Shown here piece after piece: positions 1 to 12,000 of a stretch of DNA of 64,000 bases. Below the pieces are notes generated by a model that searched no databases, was not told the DNA's origin, and saw only the letters and a program-made list of their open reading frames with translations. The translations under genes and the position numbers were made by a program. Source of the stretch: Macrostomum lignano. Its lineage: Eukaryota. Within the stretch, counting starts at the first letter, position 1, and each line of letters starts with the position of its first letter. Location of the stretch: positions 1 through 64,000 of the forward strand of contig NIVC01003654.1 of the NCBI GenBank assembly GCA_002269645.1. Reading direction: 5' to 3'.

Positions 1-3000
1 GTCAGAGGCCAATCGAAATGCCGGATGCTCGTTAAAACACCTTGGATTCAGGTGGACACTCAGGTCGGCTTCATGTCCTTGGGACAGTAGTTCAGCACCT
101 GGGTTTTATTGTTTGAAGTGGCGGGAATTGAGAATCGATTGGTTGCTGGGGCCGCGGCGGGGCTGTTGCGATTGAAAACAAGAATATTGCATAGCTGATG
201 AGCAGCGCGGGGAAATCAATGCCCCCCACCTTAGTTGTGTCGATGCCTTTGGTGACGGCCCAGGACGAGTCACGTAGATAGCGGGCCCTGTACATCTGCA
301 CATCTGGAAGACAGGTGGTGGTCACGTTGCCGAAGATCGTGCGTACACCAGCGCTGCGATTCGGCTTATTTGGAAATAATTTCATTTACATGACTTTATT
401 GACTGAGACTGCACGTACAACCTCTCACAGTGACGAAAGCATCGTGGCCTTCCAAACCACAGTGACCGATGCCCAAACCACAGTGACCGATGCCCAAACC
501 ACAGTGACCGATGCCCAAACCACAGTGACCGATGCCCAAACTACGGTGACCGATGCCCAAACCACAGTGACCGATGCCCAAACCACAGTGACCGATGCCC
601 AAACCACAATGACCGATGCCCAAACCACAGTGACCGATGCCCAAACCACAGTGACGATGCCCAAACATGGATGAATGAATAGAATGGATTGCTATTCTGG
701 CTCTGGCTATTTTCGTTTTTGACTCTTTTGCATCCGGTTCCCCCCCTTGCCTTTTCATTGGTTGATGATTGCCATAGACAATTTTCGGCCTTCGCCCCTT
801 TCTTTCGATGCACAAGCGCAAAGAACTGATTTTATTGTAGACGAATCGACTCTCGAATCGTGCTTGTAGGTCTTCCCCCTTTATTTCAAAACACGAGCGA
901 AAGCGCTTGTGCATCGAAAGAAAGGGGCGAAGGCCGAAAATTGTCTATGGCAATCATCAACCAATGAAAAGGCACGGGGGGAACCGGATGCAAAAGAGTC
1001 AAAAACGAAAATAGCCAGAGCCAGAATAGCAATCCATTCTATTCATTCATCCATGTGCCCAAACTGTTAGCACTGTGATGAACTTTTATTTATTAGAGAA
1101 TGCACTTTGCTTAGTAGCCGTCAACGGCTGAGAATCCTATTGATGTCTATGGACATTTGTACAGTTTAATTCGGTGGCTTAAAGAGTTGCCAAAATATAA
1201 TTGAAAAGACCAAGCGTCTGCAGAGTTAAGCTAAAGGCTGAGACTCGATCAATTTTCTTACTCGTCCCAAAAAAAAACGAACACTGGCGACGACGGCTGG
1301 TCTTATCGAGCCTCTGGAGACAGAAGCCCCAGCGGAAATTGAGCGCTGGTTCCAACGCTTCGAAGCAGTTTCCAAGCTGAACAAGTGGGATGACACCGCT
1401 CAGAAGTTCGCCCTCATCGCACACCTCGGCAAGAAGGCCTTCGCACTGTTGGCGGATGCGCTATTGCCAGATAAGCCTGACGCCAAGACCTACGCTGATC
1501 TGAAAACTCAGCTGATCAAGGAGACGAAAGCGGCGAAATCCGAGATTGCATACCGGTACGCGTTCCATCACCTCAAGCAGGACGACGGCGAAGACGTTTC
1601 TGCCTACGCAAGAAGGCTGCGACTGGGTTCGGAGAACTGCGGCTTTTCAACCGCCGAACTGAATGACCGCCTGCGGATCAATTTATCTTCGGATTGTCGA
1701 ACAAGGAGATCGTCAGAAAGTTGCTCACGGAGAAACTGAAAGATCTGACGTGGGAAAAAGTAACTACGGTGGCCAATGCATGCGAGGCCGTAAGTCGCGG
1801 CGAGAGACAAATCTCAGGAGGCGAAATTCTACATGTCAAGTCAGATCCTCCTTCGACATCGAAAGCCCAGAAGCCAGCGTACCAGAAAAGCGACCAGAAG
1901 AACGGCCAATTGCGCCAAGTCAAGTGCTTCTGCTGCGGCAAGGAAGGACATACAAAGGACCAGTGCCACCACCGGACTAAGACATGCCTTCAGTGTGGTA
2001 AGGTTGGCCATCTCAAAGCAGTTTGCAGGTGCGGACCGAACAAAGGTGAACAACGGCCTTCAACGAGCAACAAATGGTCACAAGGAGGCGGACGGCATCC
2101 AAGGAGCAGAGTCAGAGCAATCGACGATGCAGCTGATCAAGTCGGGCACATTACATTTTCTCGACGATGACGCCGGAAGATGGTCGTGGAAGCAGAAGGA
2201 TAACGCGACATGTAGTAGTCAATGGTACGAAAATCAAGATGCTACTGGACACCGGGTCGTGCTCAACGTTCGTGTCAAGCTCGGTGTTTCAAAGCCTACT
2301 TGAACCAGCAAATGTAAGGCCCACAAGCAGACGATTCGCTGCGTATCAAGGGGATCCAGTGCTAGTGAAAGGCGAAGCTATTGTGAACGCCAAGCTAAAC
2401 TCAGTAAGTTCCGACCTAACTCTGTTTGTGGTGGACAACCCAAAAGCCGAATCTATCTATGGCCTAGATTGGATTGCTGCCCTTGAGCCAGACCTCTACA
2501 CTTTTATTACAAAATGTACGGTGCCTGAGGAAGACGGCTCGAATCCTACAACGGCGTGCTCTGTAAAAAGATTTTCTGTATCATTGGCCATTGAGGCGGG
2601 AGCAAAGCCCATCTTTTTTAAACCTCGGCAAATTCCATACGGGATTCAGGACGATGTCAAGGCCGAGTTGAAGAGAATGGAAGAGGCTGGACAGCTCCAG
2701 AAGGTGGAATCCAGCGAGTGGGCTACACCCATTGTCTGTGTTCGAAAGCAGTCTGGAAAGGTTCGGATTTGTGGTGACTACAAGGTTACCCTCAACCCAC
2801 TGCTGAAAGACATGGTGTCAACAACGCCCACAATTGACGAAGTTCTGTCAAAACTAGGCCGTGCCCGCCGATTCTCTACGTTGGACCTATCAAATGCGTA
2901 CCTCCAAGTACCGGTGGATGAAGACAGCAGCGTGATGCTGACGTGGAGCACTCCGTTCGGCTTATACAGGCCCACTGTATTGGCATATGGAGTAAAGCAA

Positions 3001-6000
3001 GTACCAGCAATTTTTCAGTCATTCATGGACAGGTTGCTTCTAAACATAGAAGGTGTCATTTCCTACCAAGATGACATTCTTGTGTGGGGTTTCAACCAAC
3101 AGAGTCATGACAACAGACTGTCCAATGTGCTTCGAATTTTATAGGAGAGTGGACTGAGCATTAACGAGGAGAAATGAACTTTTAACAAGCCATCTATCAT
3201 GTTCCTGGGATATGAGATCAGTGAAAACGGCATTCGTCCACCACCAAAGAAAGCCAAGGAGATTGCAGGATTAGAAGAGCCAAAGAATCTCAAGCAGCTG
3301 CAGTCATTTATCGGGATGGTCGATTTCTACGGACGGTGTATCAAGAATCTCGCGAGCCTGAAAGAACCTCTAACGAAACTGACCAGGTCAGGAACGAAGT
3401 GGGCATGGGGCCCAATCGAGCAGAGAGCCTTTCAGAGCATCAAGGACGAACTACACAATGCAGTCGCTCTCAAGCCTTTTGATCCATCAGATAAGATTGT
3501 TCTCACTACTGACGCGTCACCATCGGGACTTGGTGCAGTCCTCGAGCAGTCGTCCGGGCCCGTAATATTCATTTCAAAGACTCTAACTCAAGCAGAGCGC
3601 AACTATGCTCAAATTGAACGCGAGGCCCTCGCCATTGTATGGGCTGTGAAGCGCTTACACAAGTATTTGCTGGGACACAAGTTCGTCATTCGCACAGACC
3701 ACCAACCGTTAAAGTTCATCTTTGATCCTGGCAGATCCTTGTCAACTGTTGCTGCAGCGAGAGTGCAACGCTGGGCAATCACTTTGATGAGCTACGAATA
3801 CGCCATTGAGTGCAAGAGATCTGCTGAGATTCCCGTGGCCGATGCCCTGTCAAGACTGCAGAACAGCACGTCTGAAGGGGAGCAGTTTGACATTAGCTCA
3901 GTGCAGGACTGCCTACTAGATTTTCCAATCAACCAGGAGCGTTTGAGAAGACAATCGAAAGAGGATTCAGAGCTCCGGAAGTTATTCGCTCCAGTCAAGT
4001 TTGGCTGGAATGCAGAAGGACTTCGAGAACTACAACAGTTTAGCCGATTCAGGGACGAGTTAGTCATTGAGAATGGGTTGCTGTACAGAGGTATTCGGCT
4101 GGTTGTACCAAAGCAGGAGCGTTCTGCAACTTTGCGATTGCTGCACGAAGGACACATCGGACCAGAAAAGATGAAATCCATAGCTAGACAATGCGTCTGG
4201 AGGCCTGAAGTAGATCGAGACATCGAAAAGTATGCGAAAGGATGTAGTTCGTGCCAGGAAAACAAGGATCATGGGGCCACCCGACAATGGACTTCGTGGC
4301 CGGATGAGACCGAATGCTGGTCAAGAGTTCACATGGACTACGCAGGGCCTATGAAGGGAGGAAACTACATGTTGGTACTGATTGATGCGTTTAGTAAATG
4401 GGCTGAAGTTCACGTGACTAAGGGAACCACTTCATCTGAGACAATCAAGCGACTGCGAAGAACGTTCGCCCAAGAAGGCGTGCCCGTGACTATTGTTTCC
4501 GACAATGGACCTCAATTTGTATCGAAAGAAATGCAAGGTTGGTTAAAAGGAATCAACTGCCGACATGTTCTCACACCACCGTATCATCCAAGGTCAAATG
4601 GTCTGGCCGAGCGCTTTGTGAGAGATTTAAAAAATCACGTCCGAGCCGCTGAAGAAGACGACCTTCAGAGTTGCGTCGACCGGTTTCTGCTTCAATACCG
4701 GAACGCAAAACATTCTACGACCGGAAAATCGCCCTCTGAGCTGATGAGAGGTCACCTACTTCGCACCCCTGCATTTTCTCTGGCACGTGAGCCAGTCTGG
4801 GTGAAAACCTACAACAACGAGATGACAAAGTGGAAGTCTGGCGAAGTGGTGGCAACAGAGGGAAAGGTTGTGGTCGACGTTGAGCTGGAGGACGGAAGGC
4901 GTGGACGCTACCATCGTGAACAGACAAAGCCAAGGAGTTCCGGTTCCGATGACCTGGTGGAGATGGAGACTGAAGAACATGTGCACACGGATCAAGAGTC
5001 TGGTCTTCGGAGAAGTAATCGCCATCGGCAAGTACCAAGGCGACTTGAGTACCGCAAGCTTGGTGTACCTACCTAGCTGTTAACTAATGGGAAGGAGTGT
5101 TAGCACTGTGATGAACTTTTATTTATTAGAGAATGCACTTTGCTTAGTAGCCGTCAACGGCTGAGAATCCTATTGATGTCTATGGACATTTGTACAGTTC
5201 AATTCGGTGGCTTAAAGAGTTGCCAAAATATAATTGAAAAGACCAAGCGTCTGCAGAGTTAAGCTAAAGGCTGAGACTCGATCAATTTTCTTACTCGTCC
5301 CAAAAAAAAACGAACACAAACCACAGTGACCGATGCCCAAACCACGGTGACCGATGCCCAAACCACAGTGACCGATGCCCAAACCACAGTGACCGATGCC
5401 CAAACCACAGTGACCGATGCCCAAACCACAGTGACCGATGCCCAAACCACAGTGACCGATGCCCAAACCACAGTGACCGATGCCCAAACCACAGTGACCG
5501 ATGCCCAAACCACAGTGACCGATGCCCAAACCACAGTGACCGATGCCCAAACCACAGTGACCGATGCCCAAACCACAGTGACCGATGCCCAAACCACAGT
5601 GACCCATGCCCAAACCACGGTGACCGATGCCCAAACCACAGAGACTGAAGCCCAAACCACAGAGACTGAAGCCCAAACCACAGAGACTAATGCCCAAACC
5701 ACAGAGATTGAAAGCCCAAACCACAGAGACTGAAGCCCAAACCACAGAGACTTAAGCGCAAACCACAGAGACTGAAGCCCAAACCACAGAGACTAATGCC
5801 CAAACCACAGTGCCCGATGCCCAAGCCCAAACCACAAGTCAGAAATACATTCTATAAGCCGCAACCAAAGCATTAGTTTCCTTAAGATATTTATAATCAG
5901 CGACATGTATTGAGCTCATCTAGTATTGAGTGCATCTACGGCTGCACTCTCTTTGACCACTTCTAATGACTTGCCGGTAAGCACAAGCTCAATTTGCTAT

Positions 6001-9000
6001 TTCTCTCAGCAGTTCTGTTCCTCTCTCCTTCATCTCATCGCGCTAATTCGGAAGTTTTGTCTGACAAAAACTTGCGACATAAGTAGCAGATCTAGATTTA
6101 ACCTGTTGGCTAACTCGGGAAGAAAAGGGTAATGCAGACGCAGCAGCACAACCCGTCCGTCTGACCAGTCGGGGCCCTCAGCCTCCACAAAGGCAGCGGG
6201 AATGTCACTGCCTTGTTCTTAAGTGCCCAAATAACAGGCGGGCACACAGTTTAACAGCTGCGCGCTGCCCGAGAGCGGCGCTAATGACAGCCTGCTCAGC
6301 CTGTGCTCAGACGGTCATGATGTCGCTTGGGTCCTGAGTACTTGCCGGCCATAGCCGGTGGCTGAGAGAGTCATGATGAGGAAGGCGTCACCTGCTCCAC
6401 GTCCGCTGTCTCCGGGGCGGGGCAGATTTCCACTTCTGTTTTTCCCTCCTCTCTCTCGCAATGTCAATTAGCAAAATCCGAGGGAAATCGCGATCAAGGA
6501 CTGAGATTTTGGGAACTGCTTGGAAAGCGGCGAGCAGGACCGCCTGATGAATGATTAATGCAGTTAGCGGGTGCCGCATCTCCTCTTCACCCAGTCCCTC
6601 CAGCGCCCTCTCCCATTCCTCATGCGCTTTAAAATCCCCTGACAAATCAGTGAGACTGAAATAGGGATTCTTCAAGCCCCATCAAACCATGAGCACCGAG
6701 CCCCTATAGCTACAGGTCGCTCACCGCCAAGCAGCATGAAAACGACCACTACGGCTTTCTCGCCCTCGGTGTAGGGCGCTATGTTGCCGAAGCCCACGCT
6801 GGTAAGCAGAGACAGAGTGAAGTACAGCGATGTGAGATAGGCCATTGACTTGTCCGGCAGAAGCGACTGGTAGGTGTTCTTGGTCCAATTCTTGGGTTCC
6901 AGCGAGTCATTGGCCAACCGGGGAATCCAGCCGTACCAGATCTCAAGGTCCAGGTCGCGCAGCCCTATGGTGTACCAGACGCAGGCCATCCAGTGGGCCA
7001 GCAGCACGAAGCCGAATATCATTAGGATGAGCAGGGCGGCTCCGTACTCCAGGTACTGGTCAACCTTGCGGGCTACGCGACCGATGCGCAGCAGTCGCAC
7101 CACCTTAAGCGCGCTGAATAGGCTGCTGATGCCTCCCTGGTGGATGGTGATGGTCTCGTATGTTGAGAGATAAATAAAATGGTTTAATACGATATCAAGA
7201 CAGCCCTTGTCTTTAATTTGAGTTTCTGCTGTGGTCTATGGCTACTGGGTTAATTGATTTTTCTTTGACATCTTTTCGGATATCTGCTACTGAGATGACG
7301 TCTATATTAGCTGCACTTTGACGTTTATTAGGAAATCTAATGGCATCTGCTTGATGCCTTTTGACGTCTATTCAGGCAGTTTATTAAATGTTCATTAGAG
7401 CGTTCATTGACGTCTATTAGAGTGTTAGAGTATTAGGGTGTTCATTGACGTCTACTAGAGTGTTAGAGTATTAGAGTGTTCATTGACTCTACTAGAGTGT
7501 TGATTGGCGTCGACTAAAGTGTTCATTGACGTCTACTAGAGCGTTAGAGTATTAGGGTGTTCATTGACGTCTACTAGAGTGTTAGAGTATTAGAGTGTTC
7601 ATTGACTCTACTAGAGTGTTGATTGGCGTCGACTAAAGTGTTCATTGACGTCTACTAGAGCGTTAGAGTATTAGGGTGTTCATTGACGTCTACTAGAGTG
7701 TTAGAGTATTAGGGTGTTCATTGACGTCTACTAGAGTGTTAGAGTATTAGGGTGTTCGTTGACGTCTACTAGAGTGTTAGAGTATTAGGGTGTTCATTGA
7801 CGTCTACTAGAGTGTTAGAGTATTAGGGTGTTCATTGACGTCTACTAGAGTGTTAGAGTATTAGGGTGTTCATTGACGTCTACTAGAGCGTCGAATGACG
7901 CTTATAAGGCGTGTTCTTTGACGCCTGTTGAGGCGTCTACCGACGTTAAAGTCTACTGCTCACTCCCTCCCTTTTTGGAAATTTTCCTCAGTGAAAAAGG
8001 AGTGTTGCATTCTAATTATAATTGTGGCACGGCGCTTCTTTTCAAATACCCTGCCGCGTGTCGTCGAGCCTTCGAGCTTTTTTGGACCAGCTAGAGACGA
8101 GATTGAGCAGGCACACCCAGTCTCGAGTGGAATCTTGAGTCGGAAGATGTTTACTGAGCTCGATCGGTACTCGCAAATCAGTATTCTTTTGGGAATTTTG
8201 CCCTTGCCTACTAATTGCATGGAGAGTGGAGAGCCACGGAGGACATGGGATTATTGATGCATAAACGCGAGCTTTGTTGAAAATAGGGGTTTCATGTGGA
8301 CGCGATTGTTTGGGCAAAAGCAGGTAAAAAGCGATAATTTTAGGTAGCGCGCAGAGGTTCGGAAATCTATCTAGCACAACAAAAATCAAATATGAAAAAG
8401 TTAACAATTCCGTTGAGCGAACAATGGCGTTCCGCCGGGAAGGCATGCTAAAGCCTTGCTCAAGCGTAGGAATTGGCAGATACAGAGTTCAGGTTTTGCC
8501 AGCGATTATTCAGTTATGCGGGTACTAATTCCTCATTTTTGCTTTCAAAATTTGGTTTTGGTTTTTATGAGTAATTCTTTGAGTCACTCGTATTTCTAGT
8601 CATTTCGACCGTTACTCACATCTGTTGACTCCGGTTGAAAGGCATTGAACACGTCATAGGGCAGACACGAGAGCAGATCAATGACGAACCAGCCTTTCAG
8701 GTAATTGACACGAATAATCGACGGGTCGGAGATCACTTCGCCGTTCGGCCCGACAAACGTGGTGTGAAAGTTCAGCACAATGTCGATGAAGAAGATCACA
8801 TCGACGATGCTGTCCGTGACAATGAAGGAGACGTCGTCCATCGTCTTGAACTTGAAAGCTACGTTGAACGGGACCATGACCGCCGTGTAGCCCGTGAGGA
8901 TGAGGATTATCCAGTCCCAGATGGTCTTGAAGGCCGAGTAGTGCAGGATGATGTGCGGCGGCGTCTTTGGTGCCTCCTGCTTGTACTGCGGCAGGACGTC

Positions 9001-12000
9001 TGCGTGCAGCGACAGAGCCTGCAGACGGTGCAAGTTGAGGTCTAAGTATGAGAGACTGGCCAGAGAGCTGCAAAGAGCTGGAGTTCTCAACAACTGGAAA
9101 TTGACTTTGGTCACTCAAAACACAGATGTTTGTGTTTGAAGGTGGAAAGCCATGGACGGGAAAACATGCTCGGTCGTGTTTCAATTTTTGCAACAAGAAA
9201 AGTTCGAACTAAGACGGAGGAGGTCCTGTTTCCCATTATCCAATTCCACCACTGAGTACCCCAATCGGCTTTGCCAGTCGAATCCCAATTTCAACTGGGA
9301 GATTCACTTCATTACGAGACTATGCTACATGGATTTCCCGTTATCATTTCGCTTTGCCGCCAAATCTCTTTGTAATATTTTGTCCCGGCAGTGAATTCCG
9401 CTCTTCCTAGGGCGCAATAAGGGGCGAGCCTTCCGTGAGCGGCACCCGCTGCTCACTACTCGCTTCCTCTTTGTAAATCGATCCCTAGAGAGCCGGACTC
9501 GGTTCGACTTCTGCTTTTTCCCGTCCCCCCCCTCAGTTCGCCCACGAAGGATTCGTCCGTCTTGCTCAGCGGTAATTCAACTCGACATTCATCGGTCTGA
9601 GCTGCCGACCGGCTCTGGGAGGCAGTTCCGAGTTCCGACCGGCTCGCTGACAAATATTGAGACCGACTTGGCAGCTCTGTGCACGAATTCTGAGTGACAA
9701 AGAGCTCGCCCTTGCGGTCCAACCCCTATTGGCTCTCACCTGTCGTGAAATAAATTTATATTGAATTCGGTCGAGCGCAGCAGCAGCCGATGATGCTCAG
9801 ACCCGTCACTCAGACTAATTGACTCGCATCCGCGCGCACTTATTGACTCTCGCGCGACTGTTTAAGAGACTGGAAAAAAATTTACTGTCAAGGGATTAGC
9901 CCCGCAGCTAAGGGAAGTCAGTCTGCTGCATAGTAAGCATCTCACAAGAGCTCTGTTGGACAGAGAGCTGGCTTAGCAAAGGGAAAGATCTGAACTTAGA
10001 CGCTGCATTGCATCGAGGGCTTCGCTTCCCATTAGTCGAATTTTTTTCAAGCGAATCTCACAGGGATTAGGCAAGAACCACTTGAAGTTTTGCTAGGGCA
10101 GGACGGTGCACTCGCGATTCCTGCAATTTTTGTACGCCCGGTGTCGCCTCAAAACGCATTAGCAAGGTATGTAAATGTACTGCTCAGACTTTTGTGCCCC
10201 CAATCAGTGTTTTTGGCTGCAATCCAGGTGCTATCCAGTTTATAATCGTGTCTGCAATGTCTGACGAAGCTAGGAATAAATCTTTGCACAGACTGAACAC
10301 TCGCTGCTGATGTATCTATGCGGAGAGTAGCTGGAAAATTTCCCATCTAATGCTTCCCGAGGCCTACTAGTATGCCACAATGCTGACCTATGTAGAATGC
10401 ACCGTCCTGATAAAGCAGTCAGTCCATTGTGGATTAGCGAGCAAAAGAAAATGGGAAGGCACATGTCTGGCTAATGCGCTAATCCTCCGGCCATGCGGTG
10501 AGCGCTGGGCGCAGAGCTGACTTTCGCTCTACGAACCCTGGTTCGATTCCGTGCGCGGCTGCAGTTTCATCCGTGGCTTGTGCCCGAAAATTGGCCACGG
10601 GGCTTGTCTTGCCACTCAAACCCATGGGGTCAACCACCAAGGCACAAATAATGAACATGGCTGACTAATCGTCAGGAAGTCAGGCTTGTGTGAGCGTGTG
10701 TATGAGGGCGTGCTTTCGTACAGCATTGGCGCGCTTGCATGTGTTCAGGAGTCAGTGGAATGGGCTGAATTGCCTCACCCCTGGTATGTGGGACGATTTT
10801 GTTGATCCAGGTGTTTACAACTCATCTCACTGCAGTTATGATAATGATGATGATTATTATTATGCACTGAGCACCGCTCACCGAGCCAAGCTGATCCAGC
10901 CGAGAGTCATCCATGCGTCCGCCAGGGGGTACGTTAGCCATCGGCACCATGACCGAGCGGTTGCGGGTCACCGACCGGGCCAGGCGGGCGAACTTGCTGA
11001 GTCCGACTGCGGGTACAGCGGGTTTGAGTACCACTGAAGCTGCCTGCAACTTTCTAAGCCATCCTGAGTTCCTTAAGCAATTCTAGGCCACTGAAGCTAT
11101 CCTGAACTCCTGAAGCCATCCTGAACCCTTGAAGCCATCCTGAGCCCCTGAAGCCATCCTGAGCCCCTGAAGCCATCCTGAACCCCTGAAGCCATCCTGA
11201 GCCCCTGAAGCCATCCTGAGCCCCTGAAGCCATCCTGAGCCCCTGAAACCATTCTAAACCCATGAAACTATCCAGAGCCCCTGAAGCCATCCTGAGCCCC
11301 TGAAGCCATCCTGAACCCCTGAAGCCATCCTGAGCCCCTGAAGCCATCCTGAGCCCCTGAAGCCATCCTGAGCCCCTGAAACCATTCTAAACCCATGAAA
11401 CTATCCTGAGCCCCTGAAGCTATCCTGAACCCCTGAAGACATCCTGAACCCCTGAAAACATCCTGAACCCCTGAAGACATCCTGAACCCCTGAAAACATC
11501 CTGAACCCCTGAAACCATTCGAAACCCATGAAACTATCCTGAGCCCCTGAAACCATTCGAAACCCATGAAACTATCCTGAGCCCCTGAAGCCATCCTGAG
11601 CCCCTGAAGCCATCCTGAACCCCTGAAGCCATCCTGAGCCCCTGAAGCCATCCTGAGCCCCTATCTCACCGGCTGTCTGGGCCGCTTTCGCCTCCTCCTC
11701 TTCATACGGCTGCTTCAGAGCCGTGATGTCCCGGAAAGTGATGAGGTACAGAATGACCACATCCTTCTCATTCTTGATCGGAGCAATGTACATCAGCAGC
11801 CACAGCGGGGTCTCTGCAATCAGGTCGAGTTAATATTGAGCTTCATTAAAAAAAATTTTTTGACATCTCCGACACGGGAAAATATTCCCGCATTTCTAAA
11901 CAAATTCGACCTGGAACGGAGTGGAAGGAAGGAATAAACCACCTTCCACTCTAACTGCTCGAGCTGGACTGTGCTAACAAAGGAAATGACAGGAGGGCGC

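Larger units (their letters stand above)
1065..5316 (+). mobile_element. Full-length Ty3/Gypsy (Mag-like) LTR retrotransposon, antisense within the EAG intron
   Basis: Two 219-bp TG...CA LTRs, 5-bp TSD CAAAC (1060-1064, 5317-5321), PBS, PPT, gag with two CCHC knuckles, pol order PR-RT-RH-INT. Confidence 0.97.

Noticed and set aside
315-914. Repetitive ORFs (TTVTDAQ, GLGIGHC, VTVVWAS; also 5212-5745)
   Set aside because: Translations of the 21-bp minisatellite inside an EAG intron; no coding evidence.
6300-6400. Possible alternative terminal EAG exon ([16 protein letters not shown]...*) or C/D snoRNA box (ATGATGA)
   Set aside because: Purine-rich, weak acceptor; no nearby box D or terminal stem; no homology.
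9456-9740. CCAAT-associated ORF as an internal EAG promoter or first exon (ERG1b-like)
   Set aside because: No ATG-initiated frame joins the 9018 acceptor; no recognisable protein.
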